Shown: in pieces, positions 26,882 through 38,147 of the stretch | Numbering within the stretch: position 1 is the first letter of the stretch | Layout: every line of letters begins with the position of its first letter | Source: Myxococcota bacterium | GTDB lineage: Bacteria; Myxococcota_A; Bradymonadia; UBA7976; UBA1532 | DNA length: 64,000 bases | NCBI GenBank assembly: GCA_036337435.1 | Contig: JAYZEG010000024.1 | Location: 32,499 to 96,498 of the forward strand | Direction of reading: 5' to 3' | The notes under the pieces: generated by a model | What the model saw: only the letters and a program-made list of their open reading frames with translations | The model's database searches: none | What the model was told of the DNA's origin: nothing | Translations under genes and position numbers: made by a program

Positions 26882-27784
26882 TCAAATCTGTTCAACAAGA
26901 CCTAATTGCACATTGAAATAAATGCAGCATACAACCACCGCTAAATACAAAATGGCAATGGCTTGGATACTGCGGTCCCGCAGAACAATTTCCGTCGGAG
27001 AACCGCCCTGGTGACGTTGATGAACCAAATAAAGATACCGGAATACGCCCAGCAGGACGATTGGCAAAGTCATCAACAGTCCATCGGTTCCTAAACGAGC
27101 GATCACTGTCGGATCAATGGTGTATAAGGCATAACTCATGACGGTCATTGATGCCAAGGCAGAGACCATCTTATCAATAAAAGGAGTTGAGTATTCCGCC
27201 AAAATACCTCGGTGCGAAGCGGCGTCTTCTCCAAGACTAACCAACTCGTGCCGCCGCTTGCAAAACGCGAGAAACAATGCGACGAAAAATGTACACAAGA
27301 GAAGCCAGGGGCTGACAGGAACGCCAATCGCGAACGCGCCCGCACTCACTCGCAACAGGAAGCCTGCCGCGATAATGAACACGTCCAGCAGGACGATGTG
27401 TTTCAACCGAAAGGAATACGCGAGATTCATCACGCCGTAAACGGTGAGCACGATGCCGGTTGCCCGGTTCAGATACCAAGCAAGGCCAAGACCCGTTGTC
27501 GCCACAAAAATGGCCATAACCACCGCTGTGGGGCGCTTGACCTGGTCGCTTGCGATTGGCCGTTTTGATTTCTTCGGATGCAGCCGGTCCCGTTCATAGT
27601 CGGCTACGTCGTTAATTAAATAAATTGAGCTGGCTGTCAGGCTGAATGCCATAAAAGCCATCACCGATTGAAACAAAAGATCCGTTTGCAGCAAGTTTCG
27701 CGAGAAAATCAATGCTGCGAAGACGAAAACATTTTTGACCCACTGGTGTGGTCTAAGTGCGCGTATGTGATTCATGCTGGCCAA
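26882..27784 (-). CDS. UbiA-family polyprenyl-phosphate phosphoribosyltransferase (DPPR synthase-like)
   Basis: LRPHQWVKNVFVF, YLINDVADYERDRLHPKKSKRPIAS, KRRHEL, GGSPTEIVLRD. Confidence 0.88.
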   Translation of the reverse strand: MASMNHIRALRPHQWVKNVFVFAALIFSRNLLQTDLLFQSVMAFMAFSLTASSIYLINDVADYERDRLHPKKSKRPIASDQVKRPTAVVMAIFVATTGLGLAWYLNRATGIVLTVYGVMNLAYSFRLKHIVLLDVFIIAAGFLLRVSAGAFAIGVPVSPWLLLCTFFVALFLAFCKRRHELVSLGEDAASHRGILAEYSTPFIDKMVSALASMTVMSYALYTIDPTVIARLGTDGLLMTLPIVLLGVFRYLYLVHQRHQGGSPTEIVLRDRSIQAIAILYLAVVVCCIYFNVQLGLVEQI

Positions 27785-27858
27785 TTACCACAGAGTGGAC
27801 AAAAAAAACATTGCGCCCATTCACTTCGGGTTGATATAAGCGCGCGTCCCTTTTGTTT

Positions 27859-27933
27859 GGGTGATTAACTCAGTGGTAGAGTGCTTCCTTCACACGGAAG
27901 AAGTCACTGGTTCAAATCCAGTATCGCCCACCA
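27859..27933 (+). tRNA. tRNA-Val (anticodon CAC)
   Basis: Full cloverleaf: GGGTGAT/ATCGCCC acceptor stem, CTTCC-TTCACAC-GGAAG anticodon arm, GGTTCAAATCC T-arm, encoded CCA. Confidence 0.97.
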
Positions 27934-27934
27934 G

Positions 27935-27962
27935 AAAAGCTCTGCTTATGCAGGGCTTTTTC
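27935..27962 (+). terminator. Intrinsic terminator after tRNA-Val
   Basis: AAAAGCTCTGC-TTAT-GCAGGGCTTTTT. Confidence 0.8.
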
Positions 27963-28037
27963 ATTTTGATGCGGTCGGGAACGGTGCATACTCATCCCAA
28001 GAAAACCCTAGCCGTTGTATAGGACACGGAGCCGACC

Positions 28038-28529
28038 ATGAGTAATTCCCTAAGTGACCAACTCCTCAAACTCGGCCTTGTCGACGAAAAAAGCGTTAAA
28101 AAAGCCCAGCACACAAAAAGGCAATCCAATAAGAAGCTTGGTCGGCACGGCGTGGAATCCGAGAAGTCTGCACGCCAGGCCCGTGCAGCTGAAGCACGCG
28201 AGCAACAGAGGGCAACAGATCGTCAGCGAGGCAGCGAACAGATAAAGGCGCATCAGGCAAAGGAAATACAGAACCAAGTTCAGCAACTGATCGAGAATGG
28301 TCGCCTGACGGGTCGAACCTCTGGTCGGCGGCGATTCTATGTGGTCATGCCTGATGGTCGGATTCCATATCTCGAACTCAACGATCAAGTCCTCGACGAC
28401 TTGGATCGTGGCCGGACAGCGATTGCCTATGGAGACAATCAGGATGCAGTTCTCATTACCGGTGATGCAGCTGCTCGGATTCTGGCCGTTGATGCCAGTC
28501 GAATTCTGGTTTTGAGTCAGGGCAGATAA
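28038..28529 (+). CDS. DUF2058-family protein
   Basis: MSNSLSDQLLKLGLVDEK..KK, QVQQLIE, LDRGRTAIA..AARI pattern. Confidence 0.75.
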   Translation: MSNSLSDQLLKLGLVDEKSVKKAQHTKRQSNKKLGRHGVESEKSARQARAAEAREQQRATDRQRGSEQIKAHQAKEIQNQVQQLIENGRLTGRTSGRRRFYVVMPDGRIPYLELNDQVLDDLDRGRTAIAYGDNQDAVLITGDAAARILAVDASRILVLSQGR

Positions 28530-30598
28530 TTAGTCGCATCTTGGATATTGACGTTTTGTGCAGCTTTTTCGCTCAGCTTAAGCCGGCCTCGACTGTCAGC
28601 TCCAAGCACTCGTACCATAATTTTATCGCCAGGCTTGTAGCTTTCCAAAGTTTGGCTGTTACGTAGTTCACTTAGATGGACCAGGCCTTCATGTTCGCTA
28701 ATGCGAACAAAGATTCCGAACTCTTTTTGATTGGATACCGACCCGATATAGACACCGTCTTTCCTTAAGTCGGCCGTCATTAACTCAATTCGTCGTTTCG
28801 CCTCGGAAACAGCCTCGACGTCCTGTCCCAGAATCAGCACATGTCCATCCTTCCCGACTTCAATCCTGGTGTTGGTATCAGCTTGCAGCCCCTGGATGGT
28901 CTTGCCTCCAGTTCCAACAACCAGCCCGATTTTGTTGACGGGTATTTTTAGGGATTGATGACGCCCTTGCCGATTATACTTGTCTCCTGATTCTTGCTCG
29001 ATCAGGGGATTCATCGCGTCGAGGATGTGCAGCCTGGCCGTTCTCGCCTGCTCAAGCGCTTTCGCCAACAAGTCCATCGGTAGACTTCCGAGCTTGTTGT
29101 CTAGTTGGACAGCCGTTATTCCTTTCTTTGTCCCAGCGACCTTGAAATCCATATCGCCCAAATGGTCTTCCTCGCCCAAAATATCGGTCAGTATGATCGA
29201 GGAATCGTTTTCGACCACTAGACCCATAGCAACTCCCGCCACTGGTGCAGTCAACGGGACACCTGCGTTTAAAAGAGCAAGGCATCCACCGCAGACTGTT
29301 GCCATGGATGAAGAGCCATTGGATTCCGTAATGTCGGAGACGATTCGGGTTGTGTAAGGCCAACTGTCCTGCGTTGGCATCACGCCCAATAGTGCCCGTC
29401 TAGCAAGAGAGCCGTGACCGATCTCGCGCCGACCTGGGCCACTGGGCCGTCTCGTTTCACCGACGGAGAAACCAGGAAAATTGTAGTGGAGTATAAACCC
29501 GCGTTTGACCATGCCCGAGAGTGTCTCCATGTCTTGTCCTTCCCGCTGACTACCAAGGGTGGCACTGACGAGCGCCTGCGTATCGCCGCGGGTAAAAAGC
29601 GCAGAGCCATGGTTATGCGCGAGCAGCCCAACCTCACACTCGATGTGTCGGACAGTCTTATGGTCTCGGCCATCAGCCCTCCGGCCTGACAGTATCCGGT
29701 GCCGAGCGGCCTGTTTAATCTGCCGGTCAACAATTGTCGAAATGACATCCGCAGGATATTCTGTGATGGTTTCAAGTGCAGACGAAGCAAGTTGGTCGAA
29801 AGCGAATCGGCGGGTCTTCTTATCCGTGATGTCCAATGCGTCGTTGAGCGCATCTCGGATCACACGACCGACATGGTCCACGGCATCGGTTGGCATCTCC
29901 GGCTTCTCAAAAGAAACTTTCGTTTTTCCGACCTCGTTGCGCCACCGCTCGAGTTGGTTAAAGACCGGTGCTAACAACTTGCCTGCGTCCCTCAATAGCG
30001 TTGCGAGCTGTGCCTCTGTGCCTTGATTCGAGTCACCTTCCATCATGACCAAACCATTCGGGCTGTAGCTGACCACGAGGTTAAATTCGTGACTTGAATC
30101 GATGCTTTGGTCGGGAAGCAGGTGTGCATGTCCATTCTTTAACTGCAGAGTGCCTCCGATGACTGGCCCATCGAATGGGACGTCCGATAGGCAGAGAGCC
30201 GTCGACGCAGCCAAGATCGACAAGGCGGTCAAATCACTGCTCTCATCGGCACTGTACACAGTGACCGTCACGACAGTCTCTTTGTTAAAACCTGAGGGAA
30301 AAAGAGGCCGAAGTGAGCGGTCGATAAGTCGGCTGGTCAATGTTTCGTTTTCGCCAGCCCTAGTTTCTCGCCTGAAGAAGTTACCTGGTATCCGTCCCCT
30401 GCTCGCCATTTTTTCTCGATAGTCGACGGTGAGTGGCAAGAAGTCCGCCGAACTCGGGCCATGATTGCAGGTGACTGTTCCAAGAATGAAGCTGCCACGA
30501 TGCTCAACGACGACGGCCGCATTCGCTTGACGTGCAATTCGCCCTGTTTCTAAGCGGATAGACGTGTTGTCTATGCTCAGCTCTAGTTTCGAAAGCAT
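28517..30598 (-). CDS. pnp: Polyribonucleotide nucleotidyltransferase (PNPase)
   Basis: DFLPLTVDYRE, RLIDRSLRPLFP, GRREIGHG, ESNGSSSMA, EDHLGDMDFKVAGT, KH and S1 domains. Confidence 0.95.
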   Translation of the reverse strand: MLSKLELSIDNTSIRLETGRIARQANAAVVVEHRGSFILGTVTCNHGPSSADFLPLTVDYREKMASRGRIPGNFFRRETRAGENETLTSRLIDRSLRPLFPSGFNKETVVTVTVYSADESSDLTALSILAASTALCLSDVPFDGPVIGGTLQLKNGHAHLLPDQSIDSSHEFNLVVSYSPNGLVMMEGDSNQGTEAQLATLLRDAGKLLAPVFNQLERWRNEVGKTKVSFEKPEMPTDAVDHVGRVIRDALNDALDITDKKTRRFAFDQLASSALETITEYPADVISTIVDRQIKQAARHRILSGRRADGRDHKTVRHIECEVGLLAHNHGSALFTRGDTQALVSATLGSQREGQDMETLSGMVKRGFILHYNFPGFSVGETRRPSGPGRREIGHGSLARRALLGVMPTQDSWPYTTRIVSDITESNGSSSMATVCGGCLALLNAGVPLTAPVAGVAMGLVVENDSSIILTDILGEEDHLGDMDFKVAGTKKGITAVQLDNKLGSLPMDLLAKALEQARTARLHILDAMNPLIEQESGDKYNRQGRHQSLKIPVNKIGLVVGTGGKTIQGLQADTNTRIEVGKDGHVLILGQDVEAVSEAKRRIELMTADLRKDGVYIGSVSNQKEFGIFVRISEHEGLVHLSELRNSQTLESYKPGDKIMVRVLGADSRGRLKLSEKAAQNVNIQDATNYLP

Positions 30599-30787
30599 AG
30601 GTCTTTTCCTTCATTATTGAGTGGGGAAAGGGGAGAACAAGATATTGGTTTTATGTTGCATAACAAAGACGCTGTTAGCCGTTGGCTCGGTGTCTTTTTT
30701 GTAGATTTAGGAATGGACATTTCATCGGACCCGCGAGAGCAGGTGAGATGGTGAACCCGGCGCAGCCAGCCCCGGGTTCGTAAACTG

Positions 30788-31111
30788 CTATCGCAGTACG
30801 TCACCGAGTTTCATGGCTAAGGCCATGTTGCCGGCAATTTGAAGTTTACCCATCATGAACAGTTGCGGACCCTGAATCGAGCCGTCTACAAGGCCGACAA
30901 AATCTCCTGAATCGATAGTGATCGTGCAGTGGGCATCGCCGTTTGTACCGCTTGATACTTCGCAGTTCTGCAGGTCGACAACCCAGTCTCCACCGTCGTC
31001 ACCTGTGACATGGAATTGATAAACGGCGTCCAATTCTTTCGCGCTCGCCTGCTGTGCAGGATCAGCTAAACGACTGGCGATTTGTTCTTCGAAAATCTGT
31101 TTTGGTGTCAT
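30788..31111 (-). CDS. SCP2 sterol/lipid-binding domain protein
   Basis: VYQFHVTGDDGGDWVVD, QLFMMGKLQIAGNMALAMKL. Confidence 0.88.
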   Translation of the reverse strand: MTPKQIFEEQIASRLADPAQQASAKELDAVYQFHVTGDDGGDWVVDLQNCEVSSGTNGDAHCTITIDSGDFVGLVDGSIQGPQLFMMGKLQIAGNMALAMKLGDVLR

Positions 31112-31238
31112 CAAATTACTCCCCAATTGAAAATCGTTGCCGGAGGTTGTGCGAGCTGCCTAATCCTCCGAAAATAGCGGTGGAACATACCGGTGCCTGG
31201 CCCCGAATGTCAACCGTCAACAGCCCTAAACCTGCCCA

Positions 31239-32027
31239 TCAGTCATCGTTCGGACCAAGAGTCTTTGATCTGGCGATGCCCCGTTGGCTGTTTAGGACAA
31301 ATCCCATGAACGAACGAACGGATTCGAGGGGGCTGTCAAGCAGGCTATTCTGCGTTTCAAGATCGAGTTTTTGCTTGCGTCTGCAGATGACTCTGAAAAC
31401 GCGTCCGATCTCGGCCCGCTCCTCCTTCGAATAGCCTGACCGTTCCAGACCAGTCGAGTTGAGACCGAGCAGGCGGGCCCGGTCCCCTGCAGCCATGCAG
31501 AAGGGGGGGACATCCTGGCTGACCATTGAGTTTGCTGCCAAAAATGAAAGTGTCCCTAAGCGAACAAATTGATGAACAGCGGAATGCCCGCCACATGTCA
31601 CGTTATCCGCGACCTCCACATGGCCTGCCAAGCTGACTTGGTTTGACAGTGTAATGCGGTTGCCCAAGCGACAATCGTGTCCGACGTGGGCTTGAGCCAT
31701 AATCAAGCATTCGTCCCCAATTGTGGTCATCCCACCGCCTTTGGCAGTCCCCCGTGAGATGGTTACTCCTTCACGAAAAACATTACCGTCCCCGACAACC
31801 AATCGATAGGGAGCATTCGTTGCGGTGGAGCGATCCTGAGCTGAGCCGCCGACAACGGCGAATGAACACACACGATTATTTTGACCGAGGTGCGTATGCG
31901 GACCGACGACTGCATAGGGTTCGATGACAGACCCTGCCCCGATTTCGCTGTGTGCTCCAATGACGGCTGTCGGGTGTATGACAGCATCAACATGAATGCG
32001 CGCATCCTGATGGATAAATTGTGTCAT
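31239..32027 (-). CDS. lpxA: UDP-N-acetylglucosamine O-acyltransferase
   Basis: Hexapeptide repeats, REGVTISRGT, AHVGHDC, LAGHV, VHQFVRLG, QDVPPF. Confidence 0.92.
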   Translation of the reverse strand: MTQFIHQDARIHVDAVIHPTAVIGAHSEIGAGSVIEPYAVVGPHTHLGQNNRVCSFAVVGGSAQDRSTATNAPYRLVVGDGNVFREGVTISRGTAKGGGMTTIGDECLIMAQAHVGHDCRLGNRITLSNQVSLAGHVEVADNVTCGGHSAVHQFVRLGTLSFLAANSMVSQDVPPFCMAAGDRARLLGLNSTGLERSGYSKEERAEIGRVFRVICRRKQKLDLETQNSLLDSPLESVRSFMGFVLNSQRGIARSKTLGPNDD

Positions 32028-33001
32028 TGTTTCGACGCCCGCTTGGCGGCCGCTAATTTTCGCAAACGCTGCATGTTTGGTTCGGCTGGAAATCCGCTGT
32101 ATGACAGGCCGCCGGGTAGGGATTTGGTGACGCCACTTTTCGCTGCAATACGCGCACCTTGGCCGATCGTTAAATGGCCCCCAATCCCAGCCTGCCCGCC
32201 AACCCAGACATCATCTTCTAGAGTTGCACCACCTGCGATACCAACCTGGCCGCATAACCGAACACGCTGGCCAATGGTCACGTTGTGACCAATTTGGACC
32301 AGGTTGTCGATGTGGCTCGCCATGCCCACAGCGGTTGTCGTAACCGTTGCCCGATCGATACAGACATTCGCGCCGATCGTACAAAAGTCACCGATGACTA
32401 CGTGTCCAAGGTGGGGAATCAAGCCGTCGGCATCGATACCAAAACCAACCGTGCCGATTCTGGCACCATCGCTGATAAAGCATGCTTTTCCGATGCGTGT
32501 TTTAGCGTGAATGGTCACGCTTGAACCCATGGTTGTCCCATCACCGATGATGGCACCATCACCGACGACACAGCCAGCGGCGATGTTGACATTACGACCG
32601 ATCTGGGTGTGCTCACCGATCACACAGAGCGGTGAAATACATGCGCTGGGATCTATCGTTGCTGTTTCAGCGATAATACAGCTCGGATGAACATGACCCG
32701 CTGGACGTACAGTCTGTACAGATTCGACCCAACGTAATACGGCCGACCAAGCTGTTCGTGCATGGGGCACGATGAGACGAGTACAGGTGTCTGGTAAATT
32801 ATCTGCCAAGGGGTGTTCGACGATGACAATACCCGCTTGTGTTGCTCGTGCTATCTCACGCCATTGCCTGGAGAAATAGACACTCAAATCGGCTTTGCAA
32901 GCGGTTTTCAGGTCGGATACGCCGACGTAGGTGGTCTGAGGTCCACGCACCTCAGCATTGAGCATAGCTGCCATTTCGCTGAGAGAGAAGGTCGGCGTCA
33001 T
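32024..33001 (-). CDS. lpxD: UDP-3-O-acylglucosamine N-acyltransferase
   Basis: IGTVGFG, IGANVCIDRA, IDNLVQIGHNV, GQVGIAG. Confidence 0.92.
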   Translation of the reverse strand: MTPTFSLSEMAAMLNAEVRGPQTTYVGVSDLKTACKADLSVYFSRQWREIARATQAGIVIVEHPLADNLPDTCTRLIVPHARTAWSAVLRWVESVQTVRPAGHVHPSCIIAETATIDPSACISPLCVIGEHTQIGRNVNIAAGCVVGDGAIIGDGTTMGSSVTIHAKTRIGKACFISDGARIGTVGFGIDADGLIPHLGHVVIGDFCTIGANVCIDRATVTTTAVGMASHIDNLVQIGHNVTIGQRVRLCGQVGIAGGATLEDDVWVGGQAGIGGHLTIGQGARIAAKSGVTKSLPGGLSYSGFPAEPNMQRLRKLAAAKRASKQ

Positions 33002-33007
33002 TCGGTA

Positions 33008-33544
33008 TTACTTCTTCTTTTTCTTGCTCTTCTTACCAGACGCCTTTTTGTTATAGCGGCGGATTAATTCGTTGGTCAGGTCGAGCTTTGCAGGGGCCCA
33101 AAGTACGCGAGATTCATTTTTCTCCAGGATGACAAGGTCACCCTCTGATTGCCCAATTTGCGCAAGAATTTTAGCCATGCGCTCCAGGATTGGCTTGGTC
33201 AACTTAGCTTCCTCGGCGGCAAGCTCTCGTTGTAGTGTTGCAAAGGTCATTTTAAGCTCTTGGATTTTTTGACCAAGCTCTTGTTCTTTTTGTTTACGAA
33301 CATCTTCAGTCATGAATGCTTTCTGGGCTTCATAGCCTTTTTGAAGCTCTCGAACAGCATCTTGTTTTTTATTGAGCTCTGACTGCCTGGAGTCTTTCAT
33401 TTTCTTCAATTGCTCTTTGGCTTTCTTACCATCTTCAGCCTCTAGGATCGCTCTCTGCATATCGACATATGCAAGTTTACTCTGAGCAAAAGCTGGAGTC
33501 GCAAATAGAAAAATGGTCGAAAATAAAAGGCTTACATTGCGCAT
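33008..33544 (-). CDS. skp: OmpH/Skp periplasmic chaperone
   Basis: Signal peptide, KLAYVDMQRAI, DLTNELIRRY; between bamA and lpxD. Confidence 0.9.
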   Translation of the reverse strand: MRNVSLLFSTIFLFATPAFAQSKLAYVDMQRAILEAEDGKKAKEQLKKMKDSRQSELNKKQDAVRELQKGYEAQKAFMTEDVRKQKEQELGQKIQELKMTFATLQRELAAEEAKLTKPILERMAKILAQIGQSEGDLVILEKNESRVLWAPAKLDLTNELIRRYNKKASGKKSKKKKK

Positions 33545-33553
33545 CTGTATCTC

Positions 33554-35866
33554 CTAGAAAAAATTGCCTATAGAAAAGTCAAAAACCGAACTCTCTTCAC
33601 CCGCTTGAGGTTCGAATGGGAAGCCCCACTCAAAGCGGAGCGGACCAATGGGTGAGAACCACCTTATCCCGAATCCCCATGAATAACGCATGGCATCAAT
33701 CTTATCATTCCATGGATCTGTATATTCGAATGCATTTCCTGCATCCATGAAGAAAACACCTCTAATGCCGACTTTCTGAAAGATTGGATATTCAAGTTCT
33801 AAATTAAAGATCAGTTCCTCGGTGCCCCCAATATTATTGGCGGCTGTACGCCCAAACGGTAATCCACTTGAGATGATCCCAATTTCTGGACCCAAAGTTT
33901 GTCGCCTAAAACCTCGAACTGAGAGTGGCCCACCTACGAAGAAACGTTCGAAAATGGGTACGCCTTGGGCCGTTGGACTCGTGATGAGACCCCATTGTGT
34001 ATTCAACTTAGCAACCAGACCGAAGAACACGTTCCGGTAGTAGCGATTTCTGAACTTGTAACGGGTGAAGAGGTTTTCACTCAGCAGGTATTCATTGGCA
34101 TGCTCAACACTGGCACTGGTGAATAAGCCGTCTGTTGGGAAAAGTCGGTTGTTCCGCGTATCATAAAAGAGAGTCAGACGCAGGCTGCTGGTAATCCCAG
34201 ACCCATAGAGATTCACTAGATTGCGTGATGCAGCATCATTTCCGAAACCGCCCACCTCAGCCCCGGCCTTCTCGAGCTTGTATGTCCCGCTGAAACTCCA
34301 ATCGTCGTTGATTGGGTATCCCAGCATAACGTCGCCGCCAAGGCTGGTTCGGGTGAAGTTTTCGAAAGTGGACTCAAAGCGATAGAGGTTGGTTGCGAAC
34401 CGGACGCGGCTGTCCAAAAAGTAATCGTCTGCAAATCGGATGTTGGCAATGCTGCGAATGGAAGACAGAGTTGCCTGTAAGCTGAGACTCTGGCCACGTC
34501 CGAACAGATTGTTTTGGGCGATTTGAGCTTGGGCAACGAAGTTCTCGAGGGTGCTGAACCCTGCGCCCACTTGAAACGGTCCGGTCGATTTTTGTTTAAC
34601 TTCGACCACAACATCCATTGTGTCTTTTGCAACCCCTCGGACGGTCCGAATACGGACTCCGCCCGGTTCGAAAAAACCCAAGCGGTTGATCAGACGCTCA
34701 GACCGTTTTAGGCCCGTTGACGAGAAGTATTCACCCTCGTATATGCGCATCTCACGACGAATCACTTTGTCGCGGGTCTTTTGGTTCCCTACAATGCGGA
34801 TGCGTCCAATCCTGATTTTTGGGCCTTTGTCGATTTCAATGTTGAGTGAGACTTGTTTTTTCGTCTCGCTGACGCTGGTGTTAGGCACAAGGTTTACATA
34901 TGCATAGCCCTGATCCTTATAGACCTCGCCGATGGCATTTATGGTTTCTTTGAGTTTGGTGCTGCTAAACCAGTCGCCCTCTCTAAGCCTGACGCGCTTC
35001 ATCAGAACGTCTTTCGGTGCGTCGGCTAGGAAGTCGCCCATGATGTCCACAGGCCCTGTTTGGAATCGGTCACCTTCATCAACGGACACTGTGATGTAAA
35101 TTTGAGACCGGTCGGGGCTGAGTTCGATGGCTGGTGTACCCACTCTGACCTTGACGTAGCCTTCGTCCCAGTAGAACTGGGAAATCCGCATCATGTCCCG
35201 TTCGAAGGCATCTTTATTGTATGTCCCGGAGCTCGTTATCGATGAGAAAGCACCCGATTCTCGAGTTTCAATTCTCTCTTTTATGAAGCTGTCCGTGAGC
35301 ACCTTGTTGCCCACCAACTCGATGCGCTTGACCAGCACCTTATCTGCTTCGTTCACTCTAAATGTGATATCGACCTCGTTGTTAGGCAACTCTTTGAGTT
35401 CGGCCTTAACGTCAGCTAGAAAGAAGCCTTTTTCGATGTAAAGATCTTTAATTTTTTCTGTGTTTTGAGTCACCTTGGTTCGATCGAGGATCCCAAATGG
35501 CTGTATATCCACAACCTCCTTGATATCGTCCTCGGACAATTCGTCGTTGCCGTCTATAATGACTTTCCGAACAGACGGTTTTTCCTGTACCAGAAACGTG
35601 AGAATCCGTTTGCCGTCGACAATGGTCAAATCAACCTGAATATCTCGATAAAGCCCAAGGGCGAAAATTCGCTTAATGTCGTCGGAAATTTGCCGTCGAT
35701 TAAGTGGTGTTTTCGCTTTCGTTTGTACGACCCGAAGGACGGCCTCGATTTCCGAACGACGATTCCCGAGGACTTTGACGTCGTCAATTTGGTAGGCGCC
35801 CTGCGCCAAAACGGGCGACCAAAGCACCGACACCAGCAAACCGATAATCCAAAGCCGCATCATCAT
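33554..35866 (-). CDS. bamA: Outer membrane protein assembly factor BamA
   Basis: POTRA repeats, [36 protein letters not shown]-terminal F. Confidence 0.96.
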   Translation of the reverse strand: MMMRLWIIGLLVSVLWSPVLAQGAYQIDDVKVLGNRRSEIEAVLRVVQTKAKTPLNRRQISDDIKRIFALGLYRDIQVDLTIVDGKRILTFLVQEKPSVRKVIIDGNDELSEDDIKEVVDIQPFGILDRTKVTQNTEKIKDLYIEKGFFLADVKAELKELPNNEVDITFRVNEADKVLVKRIELVGNKVLTDSFIKERIETRESGAFSSITSSGTYNKDAFERDMMRISQFYWDEGYVKVRVGTPAIELSPDRSQIYITVSVDEGDRFQTGPVDIMGDFLADAPKDVLMKRVRLREGDWFSSTKLKETINAIGEVYKDQGYAYVNLVPNTSVSETKKQVSLNIEIDKGPKIRIGRIRIVGNQKTRDKVIRREMRIYEGEYFSSTGLKRSERLINRLGFFEPGGVRIRTVRGVAKDTMDVVVEVKQKSTGPFQVGAGFSTLENFVAQAQIAQNNLFGRGQSLSLQATLSSIRSIANIRFADDYFLDSRVRFATNLYRFESTFENFTRTSLGGDVMLGYPINDDWSFSGTYKLEKAGAEVGGFGNDAASRNLVNLYGSGITSSLRLTLFYDTRNNRLFPTDGLFTSASVEHANEYLLSENLFTRYKFRNRYYRNVFFGLVAKLNTQWGLITSPTAQGVPIFERFFVGGPLSVRGFRRQTLGPEIGIISSGLPFGRTAANNIGGTEELIFNLELEYPIFQKVGIRGVFFMDAGNAFEYTDPWNDKIDAMRYSWGFGIRWFSPIGPLRFEWGFPFEPQAGEESSVFDFSIGNFF

Positions 35867-36558
35867 GTCACCGTCGATTCATCGACGAGTGCCCCGTCAA
35901 GCATTTCGAGGCGCTTTGGCATACTGGCCGCGAAACTCCGGTTATGGGTGACGATCACCATCGCGGTACCGAACTCTTCATTGATTTGGTTGAAAAGGGC
36001 ATGTATCTGACCACTGGTCTTGCCGTCAAGATTCCCAGTCGGTTCATCGGCCATTAAAAGTTTTGGGCGATTGACCAAGGCGCGGGCTAAAGCCACTCGC
36101 TGCTGTTCTCCGCCACTCAGCTCACTGGGTCTGTGCGTCAAACGGTGTGATAGCCCAACCGCATCCAAAAGACCCTTGGCTTGAGCTTCCGCAACGGCCC
36201 GGGTCTCGCGCATGATCAGCCTGGGCATCATGACGTTTTCTAGCGCTGTGAACTCGGCTAGAAGATGGTGAAATTGAAAAATGAACCCGATTGTTCGATT
36301 GCGGAAATCGGCTATTTTTTTCGGACCCAGCGCAAAAACATCAACACCTTCGTACAAGATTTGGCCGCTCGACGGTGAGTCCAGCGTACCTAAGACGTGT
36401 AAAAGTGTACTTTTGCCAGCACCTGATTGGCCCACGATTGCTAGTTGGTCGCCCGCATTTACAGTCAGATCGATCCCACGGAGCACATCGATGGTCTGCC
36501 CCCTGTGAGCGAAACTCTTCGACAGTCCATGGGTCTCTAGAATCGGTCCACTAGTCAT
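35863..36558 (-). CDS. lolD: Lipoprotein-releasing ABC transporter ATPase
   Basis: [38 protein letters not shown]. Confidence 0.92.
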   Translation of the reverse strand: MTSGPILETHGLSKSFAHRGQTIDVLRGIDLTVNAGDQLAIVGQSGAGKSTLLHVLGTLDSPSSGQILYEGVDVFALGPKKIADFRNRTIGFIFQFHHLLAEFTALENVMMPRLIMRETRAVAEAQAKGLLDAVGLSHRLTHRPSELSGGEQQRVALARALVNRPKLLMADEPTGNLDGKTSGQIHALFNQINEEFGTAMVIVTHNRSFAASMPKRLEMLDGALVDESTVT

Positions 36559-38141
36559 TCGGCGCTCAGCCCTTCTATGGGGTTCACGCGCGATGCAAAT
36601 CGCGCTGGGTAGACCGTCGATATCATGCTCACCAAGATCGCAACAGCAATAATTGCCAACACCGTTGAAATACGAATGTCTACAGGGATTGCGTCGATGT
36701 AATAAACGTCCGTGTTGAGGGGTAGACCAAGTCGCGAGAATGCGAGCCCAATGCTCACCCCAATGGTTGCACCAATCAAGCTACCGAGCACACCCGTGAA
36801 CAGGCCTTGGCTCAGAAAGAGCTTTAAAATTGAGCGTGAACTTGAGCCCATGGCCATTAAAATTGCTATTTCTCGTCGCCGCTCGAGGATGGTCATCACC
36901 AGCGTTCCGGTTATCGAAAATGCAGCCAGCAGGATATTGATCGTCAAGACGAGAAACATGACGATCCGCTCGATTTCGAGTGCCGTAAATAGATTACTGT
37001 TGCGATCTTGCCAGTCGACAACCTCATACTCAGTGGGCATCAAAGCCCGAAGTCGGTCTCGGACAGGGCGCGCGTCATCGAGATTTGCGACGCTGATTTG
37101 GATCCCATTGGCGACGTCGCCGACCCCGAGAAAGTTTTGAACAGATGCAATTGAGCCGTAGGCCAGACTTTGGTCGGCTTTCAGAACTTTACTTTTAAAT
37201 GCACCGCCGTTCTTAAAGGGCCGGCTACGCGGAATTGGGCCCGATGGACCCAAGTCACCAAGCGGCGAGATGACATTGACGTGCATATTGACGTTTGAGT
37301 AGAGATTCATGGACAGTTCGCTGCCGAGTAGAAGCGCTGGGGCATCTTGGATGGCAGTTAAATTAGGGGTCGGAAGTGCGAATTCATCGGATGCTTTATC
37401 ATCCAATGACCCGGCTGTCGGGCTTGAATCGGGTGTCTCGGGGATTCTTGGTTTTGAGGCCAGCCGATGTGCCTTCTCATAAAGCCAGTGTCGACACACA
37501 TGATTGGCGTCATCCAGTATCTCCATACATCCGATGACGATCTGTTCGGGGAGCTTGTTGGCTTGTTCAATTGTCGCCGTTTCGATTCCCATTAAGACCG
37601 CCGGTCGCGAATTACCGTTAGAATCCAGAATCACTTCTGTTCTTAAATACGGTGCAGCACCTGTGACACCCTCGACGCCACGCGCTAACTTTGCGATGTC
37701 TTTGTAGTCAGGGATTTGAGCACCTGCTGTACTAGGTATGATTTGTACATGGGCATCGCTACTGATGATGTTGTTGCGTAGATCGGTGTGTAGCCCGCTC
37801 ATGACCCCAAGCACCAAAACCACTTCTGCTACGCCGATGGTGACCATAAAAGTGCTAAACGCACTGAAGATGGTCATGCGGTAATACAGGAGTCCAAACA
37901 GGCTTACCACCCCGCCGAAGAGGGCCAATCCTACGCCTGTTGTGAGGACTGTCCGTTCGATTCCTGCCGGCATGCCGAGGAGTTGAAGACTCATGCCGCT
38001 TTTTTTAATCGCATAAACAGACCAAGCGACGCACAGCACACCAACGGCGATGAGGGAAAGCCCGGTGTAGAGCGTCTTTGGGCGTTTATCCTGGCGAAAC
38101 AAATACCGCCATCCGACCAAACTCTCAAAGCCGGTAGCCAC
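36555..38141 (-). CDS. lolE: Lipoprotein-releasing ABC transporter permease (LolC/E family)
   Basis: [48 protein letters not shown]; between lysS and lolD. Confidence 0.85.
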   Translation of the reverse strand: MATGFESLVGWRYLFRQDKRPKTLYTGLSLIAVGVLCVAWSVYAIKKSGMSLQLLGMPAGIERTVLTTGVGLALFGGVVSLFGLLYYRMTIFSAFSTFMVTIGVAEVVLVLGVMSGLHTDLRNNIISSDAHVQIIPSTAGAQIPDYKDIAKLARGVEGVTGAAPYLRTEVILDSNGNSRPAVLMGIETATIEQANKLPEQIVIGCMEILDDANHVCRHWLYEKAHRLASKPRIPETPDSSPTAGSLDDKASDEFALPTPNLTAIQDAPALLLGSELSMNLYSNVNMHVNVISPLGDLGPSGPIPRSRPFKNGGAFKSKVLKADQSLAYGSIASVQNFLGVGDVANGIQISVANLDDARPVRDRLRALMPTEYEVVDWQDRNSNLFTALEIERIVMFLVLTINILLAAFSITGTLVMTILERRREIAILMAMGSSSRSILKLFLSQGLFTGVLGSLIGATIGVSIGLAFSRLGLPLNTDVYYIDAIPVDIRISTVLAIIAVAILVSMISTVYPARFASRVNPIEGLSAE

Positions 38142-38147
38142 AGATTT

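Noticed and set aside
27859..28040. tRNA-Val as an island integration site
   Set aside because: No integrase, no duplicated tRNA 3' end seen, and housekeeping genes on both sides
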